IMG/VR virus record: IMGVR_UViG_3300006916_000041
Location: 32,001-96,000 of that record
Origin: a virus
Strand: one strand, 5' to 3'
DNA: 64,000 bases
Shown: one piece after another, positions 37,898-47,879 of the stretch
How positions within the stretch are numbered: position 1 is the stretch's first letter
How the letters are laid out: each line of letters starts with the position of its first letter
Made by a program: the position numbers and the translations under genes
The notes under the pieces: generated by a model
What the model was told of the DNA's origin: nothing
The model's database searches: none
What the model saw: only the letters and a program-made list of their open reading frames with translations

Positions 37898-38545
37898 ATG
37901 AAGATTAACGAATTTATTGAAACAAAGACTCCGGTGCAACAGGCTATCGAAGAACATGTAGCCAGAGGTGTACCGTTTAGAGAATGTATTTTCCGTCCAG
38001 GAAGTACTGCATTCAGAGAATTTTATCGCACAGTTAGAGACATGCACAGTCAAGGTTTGCTGGAGTTGGATTGGGAAGACGAAGAACTTCTCGAAACAGA
38101 TATTGGCGAATTGGTGCGTTTGAATGACGAAGTTGTTCCACTAGATGTTCCGTTTATGGAAGATATGAGTGACGAAGAAGTTGACGAATTTCACAAAGAA
38201 CTAGATAAACTCGTACACAAGCATTTAGGTCATAGTAGTGATGAAGAAGACCAGATGGATGAAGCAGAATACAATGGCAAAAAAGTAAAACTCAATTCAC
38301 CTAAAAGAGGCGGCAGCAAAAAGTTTTATGTATATGTAAAAAATCCAAAAACAGGCAGAGTAAAAAAGATCAGTTGGGGAGACACAACTGGACTAAGTGT
38401 AAAGGCCAAAGACCCAGGTAGAGTCAAAAGTTTTGTAGCAAGACACAAATGTAAACAGGCAAATGATAAAACAACTGCAAGATACTGGAGTTGCAGAACT
38501 CCACGTTACAAAAGTTTAGGCGTTAAAGGAGGCCAGTGGTGGTAA
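37898..38545 (+). CDS. Putative head-packaged modular protein
   Basis: MKINEFIE start; acidic half then basic EAEYNGKKVKLN...ARHKC...YWSC module; CTAAATA at 37864. Confidence 0.6.
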   Translation: MKINEFIETKTPVQQAIEEHVARGVPFRECIFRPGSTAFREFYRTVRDMHSQGLLELDWEDEELLETDIGELVRLNDEVVPLDVPFMEDMSDEEVDEFHKELDKLVHKHLGHSSDEEDQMDEAEYNGKKVKLNSPKRGGSKKFYVYVKNPKTGRVKKISWGDTTGLSVKAKDPGRVKSFVARHKCKQANDKTTARYWSCRTPRYKSLGVKGGQWW

Positions 38546-38811
38546 CTCCTTATACAGAAATTGTACAGGGTAGGAAAAGAACCAGAACTTTTGAAAGTTC
38601 TGTAGACGGAGAAGAATTAGTTTGGCACAGAGATAGGCAAACAAGAACAGTTAAAGTATTGGAGGGCACAGGTTGGAGATTTCAAATGGACAACCAATTG
38701 CCACAAAAATTACAACAAGGTGATGTCCTCCACATACCCAAAGAAACATATCATAGAATAATGGCTGGAGACAGCAACTTGGTAGTGGAAATAGAAGAAC
38801 ATGAAGATTAA
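38536..38811 (+). CDS. Cupin-domain protein
   Basis: WHRD...IPKETYHRI. Confidence 0.75.
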   Translation: MVVTPYTEIVQGRKRTRTFESSVDGEELVWHRDRQTRTVKVLEGTGWRFQMDNQLPQKLQQGDVLHIPKETYHRIMAGDSNLVVEIEEHED

Positions 38812-39391
38812 TCAAGTAGACGAAAAGTGGAGCGAGAAATACAAGCGTAGTATTGACTGTGACAACCCACGAGGTTTCAGTCAAAAGGCCCATTGTGCTG
38901 GACATAAAAAAGCTAATGAAGAACTTACTGACTTCAACAAAGATGAGCCAATGAAAAGCACAGTTGCAGTGCCAGGCTATGGCACTATGAATATCGATAG
39001 TTTGATGAAGAATGTGATTGATCAAACTACTAACATGCTCAAACAAATGCAACAAAGCACACAAGGCTTTAGAAATGCAGATTATGAACTAAATCGCAAT
39101 CGAGTATTACCAACTAAAATTGCTGCACTTATACAAGCATTGGATGACCTACAAGCAATACGTGCCAAAGGCGGAGCTCGCAGTCGTAACATACAACAAG
39201 AAGCTGAACAAGAACCATTGCCAGTTGATGTTAACAAAATATTTGACAACATACAAGAATTTGAAAGCAGACAATACATCACTCCTCAAGATGCAGACAA
39301 AATGCGTCGTGGTGTTCAAAGTTTGACCAGTGGTAGACAAACCATAAACAGCGAAGCTATACTGCAACTATTGACAATGGTAACAAGATGA
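38801..39391 (+). CDS. Putative head-packaged modular protein
   Basis: MKINQVDE; WSEKYKRSIDCDNPRGFSQKAHC module. Confidence 0.6.
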   Translation: MKINQVDEKWSEKYKRSIDCDNPRGFSQKAHCAGHKKANEELTDFNKDEPMKSTVAVPGYGTMNIDSLMKNVIDQTTNMLKQMQQSTQGFRNADYELNRNRVLPTKIAALIQALDDLQAIRAKGGARSRNIQQEAEQEPLPVDVNKIFDNIQEFESRQYITPQDADKMRRGVQSLTSGRQTINSEAILQLLTMVTR

Positions 39392-40860
39392 AAATCAATG
39401 AACTAACAGAAGCAGGTGTAGGCAAAATTACCAAACAGAATACCACTGTGGATGTCAAGCCAGGCGAAACTGAACGTCAAGCTGCTAAACTATTCCCTAT
39501 GAACAAAGGTGGAAAACCACAGCCGTTGCATGCAAAAGCTGCAAAAAACAGTACACCAAACAAATTGTTTAACTTGGGTTTAGCAGAAAATATCAGTGTC
39601 ACTGGCACAGAACGCAGACGCTTAGAAAGAAAAAAGGGCTTGGAAATAGGATCTCCTGAATGGTTTAAGCATTGGTTTAGTTTGCCTTATCTGAATGAAG
39701 GGTCTGAAATATTTTTAGAAGGTTATAAGTTACGATTAGAACGTGGCAAAGAGATGGATGTACTGCACATTGTAGATACAAAGTCAGGAAATCGCACAGA
39801 AGTTAGAGGCAAACCTGACTATGAACGTGCATATGATCCTCTAGATCCACTGCATCAGCTGTTGGACAAAATAGGTAAAGCAAGTAATATCAGTGATCTA
39901 ATTAACGGTGAACCAGTAGGCATTAATCCAAAACACCCAGACGGTGCAAGTGCCAAAGCAGCCGCTGATCGAGCATTTAACGAAGACATAGATGATAGAA
40001 AACAACGTATGTTTTTGGATGCCATGCTGGCAGCTATGCACAAACTAGTACAGAGCAAAGGTGACAAACAAAGTTTAGGCAGTTATGCATTTAGTATTGC
40101 CAAAAGTTTTGGATACGATCCTAGAGCGTTAATGAATTTGTACAAAGACCGTTACAATGTATCTGAGGATGTAACTGCAGGAGAATTAAATGCACTAGAA
40201 CGTGTGGTTGATCGTGCATTTGCACAAGTGGGAATCGATGTAGAGTTTACCAAACATTTTTTAGACAGAGCCAATGACAAGCGCAACGGTGAACCTATTA
40301 CAGTAAAAGAACTAGCACAACTGTTCAGCAAAGAAATACGCACTTGGGGCAAGCCAATTGCGCAAATGGGTCCAGACACCGAAGCCGTAATGAAAGATTT
40401 AGAAACAGACATTAATATTCCGTTTGTGTTGCGTTGGAATGGCAAAGAACTAGAAATGATTGCCAAAACTGTGATGCGTAAAAAGAACTTTCGCACCACT
40501 AACAAAGAGTTTCCTGTTGAAAACACACCAGGTACTTTGCTACACAAAATAAACTGGGGCGGTCAAAACAAACCACAGCAACCAAAACAAAATACTCAAC
40601 AACAACCCAAATCAAAGCCTAGGAACAGATACGACAAATTGGTTAACTGGTATAAAGAGTTGTTTAATGAAATAAGGTTAGAAGAAAACTTTGCTGATGG
40701 TAAAGTAAAAGGTAAAAGCAGACCAGGGCGTGTAAAACGTTCAGGTGCTAGTTGTGATGGTAGTGTTAGTGAACTAAGACGCAAAGCAAAAAATAGCAGT
40801 GGTGAGAAACAAAAAATGTATCACTGGTGTGCTAATATGAAATCGGGTAAAAAGAAATGA
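39388..40860 (+). CDS. Putative head-packaged modular protein
   Basis: MKINELTE; several modules separated by LxE sites; basic Cys module at C-terminus. Confidence 0.6.
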   Translation: MKINELTEAGVGKITKQNTTVDVKPGETERQAAKLFPMNKGGKPQPLHAKAAKNSTPNKLFNLGLAENISVTGTERRRLERKKGLEIGSPEWFKHWFSLPYLNEGSEIFLEGYKLRLERGKEMDVLHIVDTKSGNRTEVRGKPDYERAYDPLDPLHQLLDKIGKASNISDLINGEPVGINPKHPDGASAKAAADRAFNEDIDDRKQRMFLDAMLAAMHKLVQSKGDKQSLGSYAFSIAKSFGYDPRALMNLYKDRYNVSEDVTAGELNALERVVDRAFAQVGIDVEFTKHFLDRANDKRNGEPITVKELAQLFSKEIRTWGKPIAQMGPDTEAVMKDLETDINIPFVLRWNGKELEMIAKTVMRKKNFRTTNKEFPVENTPGTLLHKINWGGQNKPQQPKQNTQQQPKSKPRNRYDKLVNWYKELFNEIRLEENFADGKVKGKSRPGRVKRSGASCDGSVSELRRKAKNSSGEKQKMYHWCANMKSGKKK

Positions 40861-41438
40861 GACTACAAGAACTGTTTAACATTAATTTAACTGAACAAAC
40901 TGGCTCATTTATTGCATACCACGGCTCTGGTGCCAACTTTGATAACTTTTTAAGAACCAAAGCGCATTCCGGCGAAGGCGGAGCAGCGTTTGGATCTGGT
41001 ATATATATTTCAAAAAATCCTGAAGTAGGTAAATTCTATCAAAAGTTAAGCAACAGCGATACTGCAACACTGTATAAAATAAAAGTTAATATTGACACAA
41101 ATAAGATTTTAAGATGGGACCGTCCGTTTTCACAACAACCAAAGTTTATTCAAGATGTTTTAAGTACGATTGACTATGATGGTTCTAAAGGAACAGAAGC
41201 AAGATATTATTATCATTATCTGAGAGCATCTTATGGATCAGGTGGAATATCCGGACCAATGGAAAGCGAACAAGCCACAAAATATTTAGAAGACCAAGGT
41301 ATCCAAGCAATATATTTCGTAGGTGATAGAAAGTATAAAGGACCTGGGCGTGATCAATCTCAAAACTTTGTTGTTTTTGATCCAAGTTTAATTACTATAC
41401 TTAACAAGTATGATACCAATGGTAATGAAATAAAATAA
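40857..41438 (+). CDS. ADP-ribosyltransferase-fold (ART-PolyVal-like) protein
   Basis: YHGSGANFDNF, GEG..AFGSGIYIS, NFVVFDP; MRLQELF start. Confidence 0.6.
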   Translation: MRLQELFNINLTEQTGSFIAYHGSGANFDNFLRTKAHSGEGGAAFGSGIYISKNPEVGKFYQKLSNSDTATLYKIKVNIDTNKILRWDRPFSQQPKFIQDVLSTIDYDGSKGTEARYYYHYLRASYGSGGISGPMESEQATKYLEDQGIQAIYFVGDRKYKGPGRDQSQNFVVFDPSLITILNKYDTNGNEIK

Positions 41439-41467
41439 TTGACACTTGTTATTAAATAATATATACT
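41439..41467 (+). promoter_or_regulatory. Sigma70 promoter
   Basis: TTGACA-17-TATACT. Confidence 0.6.
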
Positions 41468-41489
41468 TCATAAAAACACATAGGTTAAA

Positions 41490-42371
41490 ATGAAAATAGC
41501 AGTACTATTAACTGGGCAACCAAGAAATCTTGAACAAGGTGCCCATTGGTTTAAAAATCATGTATTTCCCAAAGACTGCGGATTGGACGTAGATTACTTC
41601 TGTTATTTTTGGGATGACGGTGATCCAAATTTACAATCACGTATTGAAAACACATACAATCCTGTCAGATATCACACACAAAGTTTTGAAAAAACAATTG
41701 ATAACTTTATTGATCGAGTACAAGATCAAAATTCAAAGTTAGATAATTGGGATTTTGTTCCTGAGGAACGTCAGCAATCAAATCTATTCAGATTAGAGAA
41801 AAAATATATTAGTAAATATTCAAAAAATATATGGGGTCAATTTCTTTGTTCACAAAAAATAACTAACATGGTTGGTAATTTAGATCATTACGATATTGTT
41901 ATCAGAACCAGAAGCGATGTTGCATTTAAAAACATGGAAATTAATTATTGGAAAAAAGCATTTGAAAACATATATCGAAATCCAATATTCAATGACAAAG
42001 TATTTACTCCTTGGTTATATATAGAAAGCGGTATTCCTCTGTTTGCAGATTTTGCATTCATAAGCAAGCCAGATGTTTGGTACAAATTTAATTCAAATAT
42101 AGACGAATATTGTCTAAATCTTGCTACAATTCATAAACAATTATGGTACGAACTAGAAGTAAGTGAATTTTATCATCATCCTCATTGGATATGGAACAAA
42201 ATGGCTATGTACAGCAAAACAAATATGCTCAGTTTTAGTGTTACTTGGCCTATGCCTTGGGATTGTAAATTGATTAGATATCCTGAAAAGTTAGAAGATT
42301 TGTCTTGGGAACACATAGCACAACAACATGAAAAGTATGAAATAGAAAATCCTTATAAACCTAGTAATTAA
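41490..42371 (+). CDS. Putative glycosyltransferase-like protein
   Basis: MKIAVLLTGQPR, DYFCYFW, YDIVIRTRSD. Confidence 0.5.
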   Translation: MKIAVLLTGQPRNLEQGAHWFKNHVFPKDCGLDVDYFCYFWDDGDPNLQSRIENTYNPVRYHTQSFEKTIDNFIDRVQDQNSKLDNWDFVPEERQQSNLFRLEKKYISKYSKNIWGQFLCSQKITNMVGNLDHYDIVIRTRSDVAFKNMEINYWKKAFENIYRNPIFNDKVFTPWLYIESGIPLFADFAFISKPDVWYKFNSNIDEYCLNLATIHKQLWYELEVSEFYHHPHWIWNKMAMYSKTNMLSFSVTWPMPWDCKLIRYPEKLEDLSWEHIAQQHEKYEIENPYKPSN

Positions 42372-43438
42372 TAAAAATTAAATTTTCCAACAGTATAATA
42401 TTGACTACGTTTATTGAAATTTTCTAAACTATCTTTCATACTACTGTGTTTTTTAGTTTGAAAATTTCTAGCGTACAAGTGATCAAAATGATCTTGAGGT
42501 CTAATATTAAAATTATTAGGAATAGTTTCAGGAAAACGTATAATATTACTTTGAATTCTGTCAGTTAAATGAATTGGTGTGTTGATATTTTTTATACTTT
42601 TAAAGAAATGTGTGTGTTGCCCACCTGGCGGTGTTTTCATATCAGTGATATAATCATGAAAAAATGTTTTGTTTAGTTTTTCTACAGTGGAAAGTGAACA
42701 TATCCACCATCCATCATGTAAACTCACAAGTGCATCAGGATTAGCAGTGTTTATATCATATGGCAAGTCTTGCTGCCATTCTAAACCTTCCCATGCTAGT
42801 TCTGTATAAAATGCTTGTTGATTTGCACATTGTTTAATTGCATTCATAATCTTATCGTTGTGCGTTACTAAGTCTGCTATTACATCGTATCTCCATTTGA
42901 TACAAGCTGCATAATTCATATTGGCATGATGGACCATTTCACAACTTTGAGCCGTAGAATATGCTTGAGAAGCTGTGTGTACATATCTACACCACCACAC
43001 ATGATAGTGCCACCATTTGTCAAATCCATCTTGTGGATTATCGCAATTGTTCAAAAACCAATCAGCATGTAATTCTTTATTAGCAATATTATGTTTAACT
43101 AATTCTGCACTACTTTTTGTCCAATCATCGTGTGCTATATGATCATAATAGTCTACAAAATTCCAATACAAATTTTTAAAAGGATTGATTCTATGATACT
43201 TGGGTTTGAATATGCTGAGAGCATAATCAATACTACCAGCATTTTCCCACGGAACACATATACGTGTTTTATGATAATCTATAGTATAGGGATAAAGATC
43301 CTCAGGTGACCAAAAATGACAGTAGTAATCTATTTGCAGATTGTTTCTTTCTGCAAACATGTCAAACATTTGTTTTATATACGGAAGTGTCTCTGTTTTA
43401 TCAATGACGAGACCCGTCAGCATTACAGCTATTTTCAT
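42368..43438 (-). CDS. Paralogue of the preceding protein
   Basis: MKIAVMLTG, DYYCHFW, YAACIKWRYD; ATAAGTA box at 43459-43465 (minus). Confidence 0.5.
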   Translation of the reverse strand: MKIAVMLTGLVIDKTETLPYIKQMFDMFAERNNLQIDYYCHFWSPEDLYPYTIDYHKTRICVPWENAGSIDYALSIFKPKYHRINPFKNLYWNFVDYYDHIAHDDWTKSSAELVKHNIANKELHADWFLNNCDNPQDGFDKWWHYHVWWCRYVHTASQAYSTAQSCEMVHHANMNYAACIKWRYDVIADLVTHNDKIMNAIKQCANQQAFYTELAWEGLEWQQDLPYDINTANPDALVSLHDGWWICSLSTVEKLNKTFFHDYITDMKTPPGGQHTHFFKSIKNINTPIHLTDRIQSNIIRFPETIPNNFNIRPQDHFDHLYARNFQTKKHSSMKDSLENFNKRSQYYTVGKFNFY

Positions 43439-43492
43439 TGTAACCTCATTAGCAAAAATACTTATCACTTTTAAAATTACATAAATAAGTAT

Positions 43493-43681
43493 ATGAAGGT
43501 ACATGAGATCATAAGAGAAACAACCACTGCAGGGTCTATTGCAACAGTTGCACAGCCCTTGGGTAAAATGCAAAGACGTAAAAAAGATTCAATCTTTGCT
43601 GGTAAAAAAACAAAAGCTGATGCTGACGAGCAACAGTTAAATGATCAAGTGACCAATACAATGATCCGGAGAAACCCATGA
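43493..43681 (+). CDS. Small late protein
   Basis: MKVHEIIRETTTAGSIATV; ATAAATA at 43481. Confidence 0.6.
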   Translation: MKVHEIIRETTTAGSIATVAQPLGKMQRRKKDSIFAGKKTKADADEQQLNDQVTNTMIRRNP

Positions 43682-44358
43682 GATTGGAAAAAATAAGCAC
43701 AGTAAAAGAAGTTGCCAAACCACGTGTGGTAAAAGAAGGCAGAGAGTACAAAGTGTTAGATGTCAATGGAGTAGAACGCAAAGTGTTTGAAGACATTGAC
43801 CTGGCAAAACTTTGGAAGAAAAAACACATGCCTGAACTACAAGAAGGCACAGAACCAGTTGTATACACCAGCGAACTAATGGAAGGTGTACTAGATGCAA
43901 CTGACGAAGATGGATGGATGGCCAAAAGTCAACTGTATAGACTCAGCAAGTATGCAATTGAACTACACGGTATGATTGGTGATACAGACAACTTAGAACC
44001 TTGGGTACAAGCTAAAATTACAAAAGCCAGTGACTACTTGGGCGCAGTAAAGCATTATATGGAATATCTAGCAGTCAACGACTATCCAGAAGTTACTGTA
44101 GTAGACGACATGCCCGAAAGTGCAATGGAAAGACTTGAAGAAGCCCAAGAAGAAGGCATGATAATATATGTTGGAGATCAAAAGTTTGAATATTACGACT
44201 ATACACTAGAAGATGCAATGCGTATAGTTGACGAGTATGCTGACGAAATGGACGGCGAACCATATGAAGTATACAATGCAGACGGTAAATTAGTTTCAAG
44301 TGGTACGATGAGAAGTGGTGCATTCCACGAACCTGGAATTGAAGAAGAGGAAATCTAA
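43678..44358 (+). CDS. Putative head-packaged modular protein
   Basis: MAKSQLY...LEPWVQAKITKASDYL module. Confidence 0.6.
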   Translation: MRLEKISTVKEVAKPRVVKEGREYKVLDVNGVERKVFEDIDLAKLWKKKHMPELQEGTEPVVYTSELMEGVLDATDEDGWMAKSQLYRLSKYAIELHGMIGDTDNLEPWVQAKITKASDYLGAVKHYMEYLAVNDYPEVTVVDDMPESAMERLEEAQEEGMIIYVGDQKFEYYDYTLEDAMRIVDEYADEMDGEPYEVYNADGKLVSSGTMRSGAFHEPGIEEEEI

Positions 44359-47300
44359 ATGCGTTTAGAGGATTTATTTGAAGCAAACCCTGCACTAAAA
44401 GTGTCGGGTTCAGTTGTGGGAGGTAAAAGTCCTGTTGTTTTGGGTACTGAATTCTTTGATATGGCAAAGAAACAAGGTGCTACTCCAAAACAAGCCAGCA
44501 ATGTAATCGAGTTGTTTCAAAAAAATAATCCTCAATTCCGCGGTCCAAAAATGACGCAGTTCATGCAACAGTTCTTTACGAACAATCCAGATGTATTCAA
44601 AACTGCTAACGATAATGTAAAATTAGCCACTGGCAGTGGCGGCGCAGGCAAAGTCAAAGGCAAAATTAAACCTTCAGGCTGGTCAAAACTGTTAGGTTTA
44701 GCTGGTAGAGTTGTTGGCGGAGCTGCGATGATGATTTTTGGCAACCCAACGACTGCGGCAGACGCCACACTTTCCGACGAAGATCGTCAAGCAATGGAAA
44801 TTGCTGATAAAATGATGCAGTCACTTGCAGCAAGTGATCCTCAAGCACTCATAGATATGATAGATGATGAATATAAAAATGCGGATAAAGATGATGTACA
44901 ATTTGTAGATCCAAGAACACATCCTTACTATACAGATGCACAAAAGCGTGTTGCTGACACTCAAAAAATGCTAGACCTAGAACCAATAGGCGGCGGTATA
45001 CCTCAACCATCAGCACAAACAGATGCGCCAACACTTGCACAACCAGAAATTAAACCAGAAGAATTACCCAAATCAGAACCTATAACAACGCCCAAGTTTC
45101 CAGGTATTCCTGTGCTTCCTGATCTACCTGGACCTGAGTCACCTCTGGAGATTCCAGAACCTGCTCCGAGTGTAGCACCAACTGCACCAAAGCAGCCTGA
45201 GCCAACTCAAGATCCACAAGATGCACCCGATGCTCCTACGAGAGATACACCTGTTGAAATACCAACAACTACTCCAACAAAACCAGAAGTTGATCCAGGT
45301 AAAGAACAAGAACCAACTGTTGATCCAGATGCTCCTTTACCCAAAGGACCAGTAGTAAATCCAGACGCTCCTGGTCAACCCAAAGGACCAGTAACTGATC
45401 CAGAGAAACTTCCAGATGCACCAAAAGTATTAGATAAACCTGTAACAACCCGAGCTCCAAGTACACTTACTGTACCGGGTCCTGCTCCTCGTGTGAAGAC
45501 AGATATCGGAACTACTCAACCACCCAGAGGCGGCAAAGGCAAAGAGAAAACACGCAAGAGAATACGTTTTGGTTTACCTGATTTAACGAAAAAACAAAGA
45601 GATTACACACTGAGTCCATTCACTCCTTTACCAATGCCAGATCCTATGAAACTTGCAAGATACAAAAGTTTCGGTGAGAGTGTTGAAGAGCGTGAAATGA
45701 CCAAAGCTGAAAAAGCCAAAGAAACACGTTTAAAGAAAAAATATGATGACAGCGGTATGAAAGCTGCAATGAAAAAACAATATGGTAAAGACTGGGAAAC
45801 AGTTTACTATGCTACAATTAGGAAACAAGCCATGGAAGAAGGATATCAAATCTTACCACCAATCGACAGAGATCGTTATGATGAAATACAGGGCATGGAA
45901 GGCCCAATGATAACTCGCAGTGGAAAAGTAGTGTACTATGATCCACAAGAAGGAGCATACTACGACAGAGACACAGACATGTATCTCACATATGATGAAT
46001 GGAAAGAACTAGACAAAGCACCACACACAGCAGAAGCAGTAAAACCAAAGGATGATCCTTATTCAGAACCAGGTAGACCTGGAGGTAAAAATCAAGACAA
46101 AGGCAAAAAATCTCCTAGCCTTCCAACAGCTATCCGTAGCTATCTCAAAGGCGGTGAACGCAGTTTGGGAATGCCTGATCCAATGAATATTCATGCAAGA
46201 TTAAACGCAAGTGTTGAACAACGTGCTAATGCACTGTTTGACAGAGCACTAGCAGAGTTTGAATTCAATCCTCGTGCTGGACACATGGATCAACCAAGTC
46301 ATCCACAAAACAAAGGTTTAACAGATCCAAGAAAATCAAGTCCTCGTCCAAGACTACGTCCTGAACCTGAAATTGATCTTTCACCTGATGCAGAAGCACC
46401 TGATCAGGTACACGTTAAAAAGTCAAGTGCGCCAGCCAGCAGCCCACGTCCGAGACTGCGTCCAAAGGATGTAGAGATGAAAGCTGCAATCGATGCTGCG
46501 GTACGTCAGGCAATGGGGGAAGAAAGCGTAAACGAATGGGGCGGTGATGATCAATACCAAGCAGTTGAAGGATTCATTGAAAACGCTCTTAGTATTTTTG
46601 ATGAAATGCTAGACAACGGAGTAGATGAACTTCGTGCTAGAGCAGAAGCACACGACTATCTCAAAGGAGAACTAGGCGACTTAGGTGTTACTCACGGTGA
46701 TATGGAAAGTAAACAGTATCACAGCGAATTGGAAAAAGAAATAGTACAAATCATGAATCGTCGTGACAAAGGAATGCGTGAAGGACACAGTCCACACAAA
46801 AAAGGTACAGCAAAATATAAAGCACACATGGCAGCAATGCATGCTGGTATGAACGAAGGCAAGTACGGCAAGAAGAAAAAGAAGAAAAAATATAACGAAG
46901 CTGACGATGAGTCATCATATGGTTGGGACGATGCTGCTATTGCGGCAGGCGCTTTAGGTTCTGCATATGCTACAGGTAAAATAGCAAACAGAACTCCAAA
47001 GCCACTTACACCTATGCAACAGTTGAAAAAAGACCAAAAGGCTGCAAGACAAGCACAAAAGCAACTGGATAGACAAAATCGAAAACTAGCCAAGAGCAAC
47101 ATGAGCGTAGCACAAAGCAATGACAAGATCGTTCGATTGAAACAAAAGTATCCTAATTTAGGAAACCAAAACATCAAAGCTGTGCCAAACAAAGCAACAA
47201 AATTAGGAAAAGCAGCCAAATTTGGAAAAGCTGCACTTGGAAAACTAGCATGGCCAGTAGCACTTGGTATGACAGCATACGATGCAGCTCGTGGTTATCG

Positions 47301-47691
47301 TGCAGATCCCAATGCTAGCTTTGCACAAAAAATTCGAAATGCAGGCAATACAGCACTAGACGGTGCAACATTTGGATTGTACGGAAAAGATGCTACTCAA
47401 GAGTCACTACAAGCACAAGGATTTACTGTGCAAGATCTTCAAGAAAAAGTAGATCAATTTATTCTAGTAAAAGAAAATGTTGATACACTGAGAAAAATTG
47501 TAGCTGATAAGAGTGTAATGCCAGTCAAGTTCGAAGATGGTACTATGAAAGTAGACATGACCACAGCTAGTATTTTCTTACAAGCATTCGACAAAATGCG
47601 TGAAGACAATCAAGCCAAAGTAGCTGAAATGATGAGAACCAAAAAAGGATTCCTAAGGGTAATGGATATTATCTACGGAGCAATGAAATGA
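44359..47691 (+). CDS. 1110-aa modular low-complexity late protein
   Basis: MRLEDLFEA start, Pro-rich repeats, basic modules, poly-Lys. Confidence 0.7.
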   Translation: MRLEDLFEANPALKVSGSVVGGKSPVVLGTEFFDMAKKQGATPKQASNVIELFQKNNPQFRGPKMTQFMQQFFTNNPDVFKTANDNVKLATGSGGAGKVKGKIKPSGWSKLLGLAGRVVGGAAMMIFGNPTTAADATLSDEDRQAMEIADKMMQSLAASDPQALIDMIDDEYKNADKDDVQFVDPRTHPYYTDAQKRVADTQKMLDLEPIGGGIPQPSAQTDAPTLAQPEIKPEELPKSEPITTPKFPGIPVLPDLPGPESPLEIPEPAPSVAPTAPKQPEPTQDPQDAPDAPTRDTPVEIPTTTPTKPEVDPGKEQEPTVDPDAPLPKGPVVNPDAPGQPKGPVTDPEKLPDAPKVLDKPVTTRAPSTLTVPGPAPRVKTDIGTTQPPRGGKGKEKTRKRIRFGLPDLTKKQRDYTLSPFTPLPMPDPMKLARYKSFGESVEEREMTKAEKAKETRLKKKYDDSGMKAAMKKQYGKDWETVYYATIRKQAMEEGYQILPPIDRDRYDEIQGMEGPMITRSGKVVYYDPQEGAYYDRDTDMYLTYDEWKELDKAPHTAEAVKPKDDPYSEPGRPGGKNQDKGKKSPSLPTAIRSYLKGGERSLGMPDPMNIHARLNASVEQRANALFDRALAEFEFNPRAGHMDQPSHPQNKGLTDPRKSSPRPRLRPEPEIDLSPDAEAPDQVHVKKSSAPASSPRPRLRPKDVEMKAAIDAAVRQAMGEESVNEWGGDDQYQAVEGFIENALSIFDEMLDNGVDELRARAEAHDYLKGELGDLGVTHGDMESKQYHSELEKEIVQIMNRRDKGMREGHSPHKKGTAKYKAHMAAMHAGMNEGKYGKKKKKKKYNEADDESSYGWDDAAIAAGALGSAYATGKIANRTPKPLTPMQQLKKDQKAARQAQKQLDRQNRKLAKSNMSVAQSNDKIVRLKQKYPNLGNQNIKAVPNKATKLGKAAKFGKAALGKLAWPVALGMTAYDAARGYRADPNASFAQKIRNAGNTALDGATFGLYGKDATQESLQAQGFTVQDLQEKVDQFILVKENVDTLRKIVADKSVMPVKFEDGTMKVDMTTASIFLQAFDKMREDNQAKVAEMMRTKKGFLRVMDIIYGAMK

Positions 47692-47879
47692 GACTGGATG
47701 AGCTCAAATCAACACCTTTAACTGAAGAACAATTTGATGAAGCAGCAGGCAAAAAAGACGCTTGCTATTACAAAGTTAAAAGTCGTTACAAAGTATGGCC
47801 CAGTGCATATGCAAGTGGCGCACTGGTAAAGTGTCGCAAAGTAGGTGCTAAGAACTGGGGCAACAAGAGTAAAAAGTAA
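47688..47879 (+). CDS. Small basic Cys-containing protein
   Basis: MRLDEL; DACYYKVKSRYKVWPSAYASGALVKCRK. Confidence 0.7.
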   Translation: MRLDELKSTPLTEEQFDEAAGKKDACYYKVKSRYKVWPSAYASGALVKCRKVGAKNWGNKSKK

